A DNA stretch of 64,000 nucleotides from an uncultured Solirubrobacteraceae bacterium (GCA_964588985.1 CAZPQW010000013.1:33966-97965), one strand, 5' to 3'; shown: positions 48,000-57,159, counted from the first letter of the stretch. Made by a program: numbers and translations. Notes: generated from the sequence alone by a model not told the origin.

Positions 48000-48884
48000 A
48001 TGAGCACCCCCGCCGCTGCAATACCCGACCCGCTGGTATTGGCAGCGATCGACCGCGCACGGATACACCGCGCCGACGGCGAGACCGCAGTGCCCATATG
48101 GGCGATCACCGAACACCTCGGCATACCCCGGCGCTCACGGATCGTTCGCGCTCAAATCGCGGCGCTGGAAGCGTCGGGGGCTATCGAGCGCTCACGCCGT
48201 CACGGCATCGCCATGTGGAGCCTCACGAGCGCCGGTAAGCGACGTCTCACGCGAGCACGCCGCGCCGGTGAGATCGAGCTGCCCGAGTCGCCACAACACG
48301 CGAAGTGGCGCAACACACGGACACTCGCCGAGCAAGAGATCGAGCGCTGCCACCAGGCAGCACGCGATGCCATCGAAGCGGCCACAGCAATGCTCGACGC
48401 GCCAGTGAGCGACGGCCCCAGCTCCGATGAATGGTTCGAGATCGCGCAGCGTTTGCAGCGCGCGTGCTGGCATCTCGGCTCTGCCACCTACTGCCTGCGC
48501 GAGTGGCCGGAGCCAAGCGACGCCGCCCCGGACATAGACGAGCGTCTCGAACCACACGAGCGGACCCTCGACATCTTTGAGCGGACACAGCTACGCGCCA
48601 AACGCCAAGGACGACGCGGATTCACAAGCTGGATAGAGGAGGAGCACAGCCGATACCTGATCGCGTTCGGGCGGACCATCCGCCAACTACGCGCCGAGCA
48701 GAACATCAGCGCGGACGAGCTTGCCAACCTGGCCGGACTCACCCCCGCGCGTCTCGACGCGATCGAAGCCGGACGCTACGACCCGCGCTACGACGTGCTA
48801 CTCGCACTCGCCACCGGACTCCGCGTGACACCCGCCGCACTCATAAACCGCGTCGGCGACCAGGCAACAGACGGTGCAGCGTAG
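48000..48884 (+). CDS. Regulator with N-terminal winged helix and C-terminal XRE HTH
   Basis: AGGAGG RBS; ALEASGAIERSRRHGIAMWSLT wing; FGRTIRQLRAEQNISADELANLAG XRE; stop overlaps integrase start. Confidence 0.75.
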   Translation: MSTPAAAIPDPLVLAAIDRARIHRADGETAVPIWAITEHLGIPRRSRIVRAQIAALEASGAIERSRRHGIAMWSLTSAGKRRLTRARRAGEIELPESPQHAKWRNTRTLAEQEIERCHQAARDAIEAATAMLDAPVSDGPSSDEWFEIAQRLQRACWHLGSATYCLREWPEPSDAAPDIDERLEPHERTLDIFERTQLRAKRQGRRGFTSWIEEEHSRYLIAFGRTIRQLRAEQNISADELANLAGLTPARLDAIEAGRYDPRYDVLLALATGLRVTPAALINRVGDQATDGAA

Positions 48885-50134
48885 TGGCCCGCCCAGCGAC
48901 CGGACAAGTGATCGTGGACGAGCGCAGGCGCAGCCCGACCTACGGACTGCGCTTTCGCGCATACGGCCGACGCGAGTACGTATCGCTCGGGACAGCCGCC
49001 GAAGGCTGGACACGAGCAAAGGCCCAAACCGAGCTACAAAACATCCTCGCGGACGTACGACGCGGCACCTGGCAGCCACCCGTCACCGAGATGGTGCACG
49101 CACCACGAGAGATCCCGACCTTCCATGCGTTTGCGTCGGAGTGGTTCGAGCGTCAGAAGGTCGAGGGCGGGCGGCGTGGCGACGGGCTCAGCGACACGGG
49201 GGCAACAGCGCTGCGGTGGGTGATCTCTAACCACCTGCTGCCTGTGTTTGCCTCACGCCGGCTGGATCAGATCACGGTCGAGGATGTAGACCGATACCGG
49301 CTCGGCAAGGTCCGCGAGGGGAAACTCAGTGTTACATCGATCAACAAGACGCTCGCAACGCTCGCCGCAGTTCTCGAGACGGCCGTCGAGTATGAGCTGA
49401 TCGACCGTAACCCAGCGCGTGGCCGACGGCGGCGCCTGCCAGCCGTGACGCCTCGCCGCTCCTGGCTCGATCGAGCAGACCACATCGCTGCGCTGCTCGA
49501 CGCGGCTGGTCATCTCGACGTGAGAGCGAAGGTCTGCCCAGGTCAGCGACGCGCGCTGCTCGCAACGCTCACGTTCGCCGGCCTACGGATCGGGGAGGCG
49601 CTCTCGCTGCGCTGGCGCGATGTGGACCTCGCGCGTGACACCATCACCGTGCGAGCCGCCAAGACCGACGCTGGCATCAGAGTCGTGAACATCCTTCCCG
49701 TGCTCAGCGACGAGCTGCGCGACTACCAGGCTCGGATCGACCGAATCCCTGACGCTCTGGTGTTCGGCACGACCACCGGCAAGCATCAGGGCGCGACTAA
49801 CGTGCGGCGGCGAGTGCTCGCCAGAGCTGTCCAGTATGCCAACGCGACACTCACCGAGAACGAATGCGCACCTCTGCCCGATGGCCTAACGCCGCACTCG
49901 CTGCGTCGCACGTTCGCCTCGCTGCTGTTCGCGCTAGGCGAGTCGCCGCCATACGTGATGGCACAGATGGGACACACAACGCCGAATCTCACGCTGGCGA
50001 TCTATGCGCGGCAGATGGACCGCCGAGACGGCGAGTTCGGGCGCCTAAAGACGCTCGTTGAGGGCTATCGAACAGACGGCATGGCCGCGACATCAGCGGT
50101 GCAGTTGCCCGATGGCGCGGCTGCGACGCAGTAG
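48884..50134 (+). CDS. int: Tyrosine recombinase / integrase
   Basis: GLRIGE, KT, PHSLRRT, MGH, IYA catalytic residues; N-terminal arm-binding-like region. Confidence 0.93.
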   Translation: MARPATGQVIVDERRRSPTYGLRFRAYGRREYVSLGTAAEGWTRAKAQTELQNILADVRRGTWQPPVTEMVHAPREIPTFHAFASEWFERQKVEGGRRGDGLSDTGATALRWVISNHLLPVFASRRLDQITVEDVDRYRLGKVREGKLSVTSINKTLATLAAVLETAVEYELIDRNPARGRRRRLPAVTPRRSWLDRADHIAALLDAAGHLDVRAKVCPGQRRALLATLTFAGLRIGEALSLRWRDVDLARDTITVRAAKTDAGIRVVNILPVLSDELRDYQARIDRIPDALVFGTTTGKHQGATNVRRRVLARAVQYANATLTENECAPLPDGLTPHSLRRTFASLLFALGESPPYVMAQMGHTTPNLTLAIYARQMDRRDGEFGRLKTLVEGYRTDGMAATSAVQLPDGAAATQ

Positions 50135-50199
50135 AGGCTCATTGTGGGAAGATCCCGCAATGCGCGCGGTGTCCCGATAGAGCCGCAAGGTCGGAGACG

Positions 50200-50679
50200 G
50201 TGTCAGCGAACCAGCGTGAAGCAGCGCCCATCGTGACCGCCGCGAGTATCGCTGCGTGCGGAGGCGTGTCACGCGACACCCGGAGAAAGTGGACCCAGCG
50301 CATGCCGCCACTCGTCCGCCCTGGACCTCAGTTCACGACGCATGACGCTATCGAGACCGCGATTGTTGCGGCGCTCGCCAACGTCAACCATAAGCGTGGC
50401 CCAGATGCTTGGCTCGCAGTCCGAAACGACGTGCGCCAATACGTGCTCAGCGGCGTCGATGAGCTGTGGATCGTGATGAGCGCGCAAGGCAACTTTGCGC
50501 GCGTCGCATGCGTCACGTCAGAGGCGACGCATTTCGCGAGCACCGCCAGTTGTCCCGTCTATGTTGTGGCGCTTGGCGCTGTCATTTCAGCTGCGCGCGA
50601 ACGTTTCGATCAGGAGATCGCGCGACTAGCGAGCAAATCCCACGCCAAGTCCGCACAAGTAAAAAGCATCCAGGCGTGA
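50200..50679 (+). CDS. Hypothetical protein with N-terminal MerR-like HTH
   Basis: AASIAACGGVSRDTRRKW...FTTHDAIETAIVAAL. Confidence 0.6.
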   Translation: MSANQREAAPIVTAASIAACGGVSRDTRRKWTQRMPPLVRPGPQFTTHDAIETAIVAALANVNHKRGPDAWLAVRNDVRQYVLSGVDELWIVMSAQGNFARVACVTSEATHFASTASCPVYVVALGAVISAARERFDQEIARLASKSHAKSAQVKSIQA

Positions 50680-50688
50680 TGACGAGTC

Positions 50689-50755
50689 TTCCGCCGGATC
50701 ATTCCGTAGATTTATCCGCGGAAAGATCACCGGATCTTTCCGCTCTACTTTCCGC
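50689..50755. promoter_or_regulatory. Operator-like repeat array upstream of wHTH-dGTPase genes
   Basis: Perfect IR GCGGAAAGATC-N4-GATCTTTCCGC (50718-50743) plus TCCG repeats at 50690, 50703, 50715, 50739, 50751. Confidence 0.6.
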
Positions 50756-50758
50756 ACT

Positions 50759-51004
50759 ATGAGCCCTAACGCCACCATGAATACGCTCACATCTGAAGTC
50801 GAGGACGCACGCAACGCACTCATCGAGGCAGCGAGTACCAAACCGAAGTCGTGGTGGACGACCGACGATCTTCGCTCTGCCTCGCACGGGCGCTGGCGCG
50901 GGACCGTGTTTATGATCGCCCTAGACGAGCTTCTATCAGAGGGAAAGCTTGAAGCGAATCCCAGATGGCGGATTCGGCTTCATCTAGAGAGTCCGACGGT
51001 GTAG
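50759..51004 (+). CDS. Small winged-helix-like protein (81 aa)
   Basis: WTTDDLR...IALDELLSEGKLE..WRIRL pattern. Confidence 0.55.
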   Translation: MSPNATMNTLTSEVEDARNALIEAASTKPKSWWTTDDLRSASHGRWRGTVFMIALDELLSEGKLEANPRWRIRLHLESPTV

Positions 51005-51020
51005 CTAGTCTCAACCGACC

Positions 51021-52340
51021 ATGCGGGTCTATTTGACCGTGCCGGTCGGAGAGCAGGTTGAGCGGCTTGTAGACCGACAGCTCGGAGAGACGCCAGCGAG
51101 GTGGCGCGGTGCTGGCGAGCGTGATCGCGATCGCGTCCTCTACTCGTCGGCCTTTCAGCGCCTCGGCGGCGTGACGCAAGTCACGGCCCCCGAGCCGGGC
51201 CATGCGTTCCACACCCGCCTCACACACTCTCTGAAGGTTGCCCAAGTCGCCCGTGCGTGCGCTCGCATGTTGAAGCAGCAGAACCTGACCGGCACCGCAG
51301 CGCAAGTCGTCGCCTGCCTCGATCCAGAAGCCGTAGAGGCGTCGGCACTGGCGCATGATCTCGGCCATCCCCCATTTGGCCACATTGCCGAGGAGCGCCT
51401 CGATGCAAACGCGGTCGATGCTGGTGGATTCGAGGGCAACGCGCAGAGCTTCCGCATTCTCACGCGGCTGGCGGTTCAAGCGCGCAACCCGCGGGGCCTC
51501 AACCTAACGCGGCAGACCCTCAATGGCGTTCTCAAGTATCCGTGGGTTCGTGCCAGTGCGCATGGAACAAAGTGGGGGATCTACGACGACGATCTTGTCG
51601 CCTTTGGGTGGGTACGCGAGGACAGCGCAAGCGTCGAGCCATCTCTTGGCGCGCGCCTCATGGATTGGGCGGACGACCTCACATACGCTGTCCACGATGT
51701 AGACGACTTCTATCGCGCCGGCTTGATTCCGCTCGACCGGCTCGCGTCCGGCGGGGCTGAGCTGGAGCGGTTCCACGCTCGTCTACTTGAGACACGCCAA
51801 GCAAATAGCAAGGCAGACGCGGATGTGCTGGTGAACGCGCTTCGCGACGCCCTCTCGCTCTTCAAGATCAGTGAGGCTTACTCGGGTGCGGAAGATCAGC
51901 GCATAGCGCTCCGGGGATTCGGCTCGCGCCTTATCGGACGCTACGTCGAGGCAGTCGAGGTACGCGATCCGGGTATACCCGGAAAAGCGGCGCTCGTCAT
52001 TGAGGACAAGCTCGCACAACAAGTGCGAGCCCTCAAGGCGGCGACGTGGCTATACGTCGTTCGTAGACCATCCCTCGCTGTCATGCAGCACGGGCAGCGG
52101 CTGATGATCGACCGGCTATTTGAGTGGTACTACGATGCGACAGCTCTCGGAGGCGACACGCGATTGCTGCCGCCCACGTATCAGGAGCGCCTTTCGCCTG
52201 ATGCCACTTCCGCAGATCGGATGCGGCTCGTCGCTGATCTCATCGCGAGCCTCTCGGAGCAAGCTGCCATAGAACTCCACAGACGGCTGGGCGGCACTGG
52301 CCCTGGCTCCGCTATGGATGCTACCGCTCGCGTCCACTAG
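51021..52340 (+). CDS. dgt: dNTP triphosphohydrolase (dGTPase, HD domain)
   Basis: RDRDRVLYSSAFQRL..TQV, TRLTHS, HDLGHPPFGH..E, FEGNAQ, KYP, ADDLTYAVHD. Confidence 0.93.
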   Translation: MRVYLTVPVGEQVERLVDRQLGETPARWRGAGERDRDRVLYSSAFQRLGGVTQVTAPEPGHAFHTRLTHSLKVAQVARACARMLKQQNLTGTAAQVVACLDPEAVEASALAHDLGHPPFGHIAEERLDANAVDAGGFEGNAQSFRILTRLAVQARNPRGLNLTRQTLNGVLKYPWVRASAHGTKWGIYDDDLVAFGWVREDSASVEPSLGARLMDWADDLTYAVHDVDDFYRAGLIPLDRLASGGAELERFHARLLETRQANSKADADVLVNALRDALSLFKISEAYSGAEDQRIALRGFGSRLIGRYVEAVEVRDPGIPGKAALVIEDKLAQQVRALKAATWLYVVRRPSLAVMQHGQRLMIDRLFEWYYDATALGGDTRLLPPTYQERLSPDATSADRMRLVADLIASLSEQAAIELHRRLGGTGPGSAMDATARVH

Positions 52341-52362
52341 CAAGGGCTGTCAAGCATGAACG

Positions 52363-52383
52363 TTTGGGCAGCATCGGGCAGCA
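52363..52383. repeat. Putative integrase arm-type sites (direct pair)
   Basis: TTTGGGCAGCA-TC-GGGCAGCA, same motif as 43876-43907. Confidence 0.6.
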
Positions 52384-52467
52384 ATCGCGCTACCCAGTGC
52401 CTCCTAAGTCACCGCCAAGATCAGCGCTCAGCGTCGAAAACGGCCTTCCAAAGCCAGATGTAAGCGA

Positions 52468-52541
<74 letters not shown>

Positions 52542-52583
52542 GCGGCCGCCGATTCTAGCGGCACTCAGCGCTCGAGCGACGCC

Positions 52584-53486
52584 CTACACAACCGCCCGCC
52601 CGCGAAGCCGGCCGACCAGCTCGCTCGCCTCCTCCGGGCTCGCGAACGACAGCTCCGCGCGATACCCGCCTGTGGGCGTCGGCGTGACCTTCACCTCGGC
52701 CCCGAGCACATCCCCTAGGGAGTCAGCGATGTCCCGCGCCGCCTGCTCCTGATCCGGGTGCGCCTGCGACGAAATCCTCGCCCTGCGGAGACTCTGACCC
52801 TGCTTTGAGCCGTCGCCGCTCTCACGGGCGCGCTCTTCGGTGACCCGCACCGACCATCCCTGCTCGGCCGCGATGCGAGCGAGCGATCGCCGGGCGCCGT
52901 GGTCCTCGGCCAGCAGCAGCGCGCGCCCGTGCCCCGCGGTGAGCGATCCCTGCTGCAGCAGCTCGATCGCCTCGTCGGGGAGGTCGAGCAGCCTCACCAG
53001 GTTGCTCACCGCCACGCGGCTGCGCCCCACACGCAGGCCCACTTCCTCACGAGTCAGGCCGAGCTCCTCAACGAGCGCCGCGCACGCGCGCGCCTCCTCG
53101 ATCGGGCTGAGGTCCTCGCGCGCCATGTTCTCGATCAGCGCCACTTCCAGCGCCGCAGCGTCCTCGCGGTCGCGCACGATCGCCGGGATCGTCTTCAGGC
53201 CCGCGATCTGCGCCGCCCGCCAGCGCCGCTCCCCCGCCACCAGCTCATACGTCCCACCCGGCCTCGGACGGACAAGCACCGGCTGCAGCACGCCCCGCTC
53301 CCCGAGCGATCCCGCCAACCCCTGCAACGCCTCTTCGTCGAACACGCGGCGCGGCTGGTTGGGGTTGGGCGAGATCAGCTCGATCGGCAGCTCGCGCAGA
53401 TCCTCCGCGGCGGTCCCCGCGCCCTCGCTCGACACCGACAGGATCGCGCTCAGGCCCCGTCCCATGCCCGGCTTCGGTTTAGCCAC
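52584..53486 (-). CDS. parB: Chromosome partitioning protein ParB
   Basis: GMGRGLSAIL, PNPNQPR, GERRWRA, IENMARE, SRVAVSNLVRL. Confidence 0.95.
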   Translation of the reverse strand: MAKPKPGMGRGLSAILSVSSEGAGTAAEDLRELPIELISPNPNQPRRVFDEEALQGLAGSLGERGVLQPVLVRPRPGGTYELVAGERRWRAAQIAGLKTIPAIVRDREDAAALEVALIENMAREDLSPIEEARACAALVEELGLTREEVGLRVGRSRVAVSNLVRLLDLPDEAIELLQQGSLTAGHGRALLLAEDHGARRSLARIAAEQGWSVRVTEERARESGDGSKQGQSLRRARISSQAHPDQEQAARDIADSLGDVLGAEVKVTPTPTGGYRAELSFASPEEASELVGRLRGRAVV

Positions 53487-54237
53487 GCGCCGCCACCTCC
53501 TTTGCCAGCTCGAAATACGCCTCTGCTCCCGCGCTGTGCGGGTCGTGATGGGTCACCGGTAGACCGTAGCTCGGAGCCTCCCCGACGCGCACGTTGCGCG
53601 GGATCACCGTGTCGAACACCAGGTCGGGGAAGTGCTCGCGCACTTCGCGCTCCACGTCCTGCCCCAGGCGCGTGCGCGCGTCGTGCATCGTCAGCAGCAT
53701 CCCCGCCACCGTCAGCCGCGGGTTCAGCTCCTTGCGCACCAGCGCGAGCGTCTCGAGCAGGCCCGCGAGGCCCTCCAGCGCGAAGTACTCCGTCTGCACC
53801 GGCACGATCACTTTGTCCGCCGCCGCCAGCGCGCACACCGTCAGTGGGCCCAGCGAGGGCGGGCAGTCGAGCAGGATGTACTCGAACTCGTCGCGGATCG
53901 ACGCGAGGCAGTCGCGCAGGCGGTACTCGAAGCCCTCCATCCGCGGAAGCTCCACGTTCGCGCCCGCCAGACCTGCCCCCGCCGGCAGTATCCGCAATCC
54001 CGCCACCGCCGAGTCGGTGATCGCCTCCCGCGGGGTCGCCTCACCCGTCATCACCTCGTACAGGCCCGGCGCCTGGGTGCGCGCGACGCCGAGTCCGACC
54101 GTCGCGTTCGCCTGCGGGTCCACGTCCACGAGCAGCGTCGTGTAGCCCGCCTCCGCGATGCACGCCGCCACGTTCACCGCCGTCGTCGTCTTGCCCACGC
54201 CGCCCTTCTGGTTGGCGACCGCATAGATCGTGCCCAT
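53479..54237 (-). CDS. parA: Chromosome partitioning ATPase ParA
   Basis: NQKGGVGKTT, DPQAN, DCPPSLG, EYFALEG, EAPSYG. Confidence 0.95.
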   Translation of the reverse strand: MGTIYAVANQKGGVGKTTTAVNVAACIAEAGYTTLLVDVDPQANATVGLGVARTQAPGLYEVMTGEATPREAITDSAVAGLRILPAGAGLAGANVELPRMEGFEYRLRDCLASIRDEFEYILLDCPPSLGPLTVCALAAADKVIVPVQTEYFALEGLAGLLETLALVRKELNPRLTVAGMLLTMHDARTRLGQDVEREVREHFPDLVFDTVIPRNVRVGEAPSYGLPVTHHDPHSAGAEAYFELAKEVAARG

Positions 54238-54319
54238 GCGCTGCAAGCTAGCGACGATCGTCTGAGGACGGCTGCTCGTGGTCGGAAATTGGGGAGAACA
54301 ACAGCTCGCGCGGTCGCAT

Positions 54320-55018
54320 TCAGCCGCCAAGTGGGCGCTTGCGCGCCATTCCCGCACGCCGAGGAAAGCGCTCGGGAGTAGCCGACGCCTTCGAGAAGAC
54401 GTGGAGGTGGCGGTCCGTGGCGCCCTCGAACGGCTCGACCCTGCGGATCTCGACCAGCTCCAGGCCGAGGGTCTCGGCCGCCCTCAGCGCCGCGGCCTCC
54501 TCGTCTGCGTCTCGGCGGCCGCGCCAGTCCACGAGCGATCCCCCCAGCCGCAGCAGCGGCGCCGCGTACTCGAGCACCACCGGTTGTGGCGCTAGCGCGC
54601 GCGCCACAACCGTGTCGTTGCCCTCCACGCCCTCGCGCCAGTCCTCCGCCCTCGAACACACCACCGTGGTGTTCTCCACCCCTGTGGTGGCGGCGATTCC
54701 CGCGAGGAAGTCGCACTTGCGCCGTTGGCTCTCGACCAGCGCCACCCGTGCGTCGGGGAGAGCCACCGCGAGCGGGAGGCCGGGGAAACCAGCTCCCGCA
54801 CCGATGTCCGCGATCGTCGCCGATGTCGCTACCCGGTCCAGCTCCAGCGCCACGAGCGAGTCCGCGAGGTGGATGTCGAGCGCCTGCGGCGCGGAGCGCA
54901 CCGCCGTCGGGGCGTGCTTGTCGGCCTCCAGGGTCCGCAGTATCTGCTCGAGCTGTGCGACCTGGGTGGCGGTCAGACCGTAGCGGGCGGCCAGCCCGGT
55001 GAGCTGCGGGCCCGTCAT
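54320..55018 (-). CDS. rsmG: 16S rRNA m7G527 methyltransferase
   Basis: HLADSL, DIGAGAGFPGL, ESQRRK, RAE, ARA, FPRRAG. Confidence 0.93.
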   Translation of the reverse strand: MTGPQLTGLAARYGLTATQVAQLEQILRTLEADKHAPTAVRSAPQALDIHLADSLVALELDRVATSATIADIGAGAGFPGLPLAVALPDARVALVESQRRKCDFLAGIAATTGVENTTVVCSRAEDWREGVEGNDTVVARALAPQPVVLEYAAPLLRLGGSLVDWRGRRDADEEAAALRAAETLGLELVEIRRVEPFEGATDRHLHVFSKASATPERFPRRAGMARKRPLGG

Positions 55019-55380
55019 CGCTCGTAACGGCGGAAGAAGTCCGCGTACTTCTCGCGCATGTCGCGCACCCGGCCCGCCACGTGGCTGTCCACCTCGTCGC
55101 TCAGGACCTCGTCCACCAGCGGCATCACGTCCTCCGCCAGCGCCGCTCCACGCGCCATCCACTGGTAGTAGTGGCGGCCGCCGTGGTTGTAGGGGCCGTA
55201 CAGGCGGGCGCGAGGAAACCGAGCCTCCAGCCAGCGAAACAGCGACTCATGGCGAGTGTGCATGCGAAGAGTCACCTGCGGCACCTTGCCATCGCCGCCG
55301 AAGTGGCCCTCTCCGATCAGGATGCCCACGAAGATGCCCCGATCGAGGTCGCTCAGCTCCGGCTGCACTGGGTCCGTCAT
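55015..55380 (-). CDS. Small single-motif LAGLIDADG-like protein
   Basis: IFVGILIGEGHF resembles the LAGLIDADG helix, followed by beta-helix-beta pattern (VTLRM, LFRWL, YYQWM); stop overlaps rsmG start. Confidence 0.7.
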   Translation of the reverse strand: MTDPVQPELSDLDRGIFVGILIGEGHFGGDGKVPQVTLRMHTRHESLFRWLEARFPRARLYGPYNHGGRHYYQWMARGAALAEDVMPLVDEVLSDEVDSHVAGRVRDMREKYADFFRRYER

Positions 55381-55386
55381 GCGCCT

Positions 55387-55419
55387 AGTGTTTCACCGTC
55401 AAGAAAAACGTGAAACACT
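55387..55419. promoter_or_regulatory. Split parS-like inverted repeat
   Basis: AGTGTTTCAC-N13-GTGAAACACT; arms contain the two halves of consensus parS TGTTTCACGTGAAACA. Confidence 0.6.
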
Positions 55420-55429
55420 CCGGGCGCGA

Positions 55430-55912
55430 TCAGTGCTCGAGCGGGGAGATCACCAGATAGCGCTCGGGCTCGTTGCCCTCGCTGTGCGTCTCCACGTCGC
55501 CGCGCTCGCGCAGGTACTCGTGCACGATCCGCCGCTCGAACGGCGGCAACGGGTCCAGATCCACCGGCTTGCCTGAGCTGATCGCCTCGTCGGCCGCGTC
55601 GTCGGCTTCCCCGCGCAATGCCTCCGCTCGACGCTCGCGATAGCCGTTGGCGTCGATCACGACCCTCGTCGTCGAGGGACCGTCCGGGAACACGATTCGC
55701 TGGGCCAGGTGTTGGACGGCATCGATCGTCTGGCCGTGGCGCCCGATGAACAACCCCACGTCCTCGCCCTCGACGCGACCAGTGAGCACGCCGTCCTTCT
55801 GGGCGACATCGACCTCGGCGTCGAGCCCGAGGCCTTCCACGATCTCCTCGAGCAGCTCCTCGAGGGCCTCGGGCGGGTCGAGCTCGTCGGTGTCCACGTC
55901 CCGATCACTCAT
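55430..55912 (-). CDS. jag: Jag/KhpB RNA-binding protein (KH + R3H)
   Basis: IGRHGQTIDAVQ KH motif; ERRIVH R3H; SEG.EP.R. Confidence 0.9.
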   Translation of the reverse strand: MSDRDVDTDELDPPEALEELLEEIVEGLGLDAEVDVAQKDGVLTGRVEGEDVGLFIGRHGQTIDAVQHLAQRIVFPDGPSTTRVVIDANGYRERRAEALRGEADDAADEAISSGKPVDLDPLPPFERRIVHEYLRERGDVETHSEGNEPERYLVISPLEH

Positions 55913-56832
55913 CGGCGTCTACCCGAGCGCTTCTTCTTCTTGCGTGAGGACGGTGGCGGGCCGGCGATGGCGGGCTTTGGGTCCGGTTGCGTGGCGCTGG
56001 GAGTGCCCAGAGCGCCGGCGAGCGCTGCGCGCAGCGGACTGCTCGGCTTGCCGTTCGCCTCGGTTTTGGGCGGTGCCTCGACCTTGGGAGGAGGCGGCAT
56101 GTGGCGTTTGATCAGGTACTGCTGCCCGATTGTCCACGTGTTCGTCGTGATCCAGTACACCAGCAGTCCCGCGGGGTAGCGATAGAGGATCGCCACGAAC
56201 ACCACCGGCAGGAGCAGCATCAGGCGGCGCTGGTTCGGGTCGGCGGAGGCGGTCGCGATCATCGTCGAGGCCAGCTGTGAGGCCACGTAGAGCACGATCA
56301 GCACCACCAGGGCCGCGCCCGTCGCCTTGCTCGTGATGTCGGGCAGGAACAGGAACTTGGCCGAGTGCGGCGCAACCTGGTCGCACGTGACTTTTTCGAT
56401 CTGCTTGACCGTGAGGTAGCCGTGGGCGTGGAGCTGGGCGCCGCAGATGTGCTTCTTGAGGTCCGTCCGAAGCATGTAGAACAGCGACACGAACACCGGC
56501 AGCTGCATCAGGAGCGGCAGGCATGACGCCAGCGGGTTGATTTTGTTCTCCTGGTAGAACTTCATCATCTCCTGCTGCTGGCGCTGTTTGTCCTCCTTGT
56601 ACTTCTCTTTCAGCGCGTTGATCTGCGGCGCAAGCCGCTGCATCTCCTGCATCGACTTGAGCTGCTTGAACGTGACCGGGACGAGGATCGCTCGGATCAG
56701 GACTGTCAGCCCGACGATCGCGAGACCCCAGCTGCCTCCCACGACGTTGTCATGGATGAACACCATGATCGTTTCGAAGAGGCTGATCAGGGGCGAGAAC
56801 GCGTCCTGAATGACGTTGGCGAGTATTGGCAT
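55909..56832 (-). CDS. yidC: Membrane protein insertase YidC
   Basis: WGLAIVGLT, MKFYQENKINP..SCLP, GLLVYW. Confidence 0.93.
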   Translation of the reverse strand: MPILANVIQDAFSPLISLFETIMVFIHDNVVGGSWGLAIVGLTVLIRAILVPVTFKQLKSMQEMQRLAPQINALKEKYKEDKQRQQQEMMKFYQENKINPLASCLPLLMQLPVFVSLFYMLRTDLKKHICGAQLHAHGYLTVKQIEKVTCDQVAPHSAKFLFLPDITSKATGAALVVLIVLYVASQLASTMIATASADPNQRRLMLLLPVVFVAILYRYPAGLLVYWITTNTWTIGQQYLIKRHMPPPPKVEAPPKTEANGKPSSPLRAALAGALGTPSATQPDPKPAIAGPPPSSRKKKKRSGRRR

Positions 56833-56859
56833 GCTCTAGCGGATCCGCGGTTTGGTCGT

Positions 56860-57159
56860 TCAGTGCTCGGTCTTCGGACCAACGCTGAACACTCGCTGGG
56901 CCTCCACCGGATCGTATCCGCCGTGGCTCCAAGGGTTGCATCGGAGCAACCGCCACCCCGCGAGCACCAGGCCCCTAAGTATGCCGTACTCCCTGATCGC
57001 GCTCACCGCGTAGCGAGAGCAGGTCGGCTCGTACTTGCAGCGTCTGGGAATCGCCGGCGAGACGAACCGCTGGTAGGCGACGATCGGAGCGCTCGCGATC
57101 GTGCGTGCGACCCTCGACCAGCTCGCCGGGGCAGCCTCCGAAGACGTCGCGGACGTCAT
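56860..57159 (-). CDS. yidD: Membrane protein insertion efficiency factor
   Basis: YQRFVSP, CKYEPTCS.Y, RCNPW..GGYDP. Confidence 0.92.
   Translation of the reverse strand: MTSATSSEAAPASWSRVARTIASAPIVAYQRFVSPAIPRRCKYEPTCSRYAVSAIREYGILRGLVLAGWRLLRCNPWSHGGYDPVEAQRVFSVGPKTEH

Noticed and set aside
50689-50755. Mini CRISPR array
   Set aside because: Repeats are 4-8 bp with about 12-bp period and there are no cas genes; no CRISPR array was seen anywhere in the window
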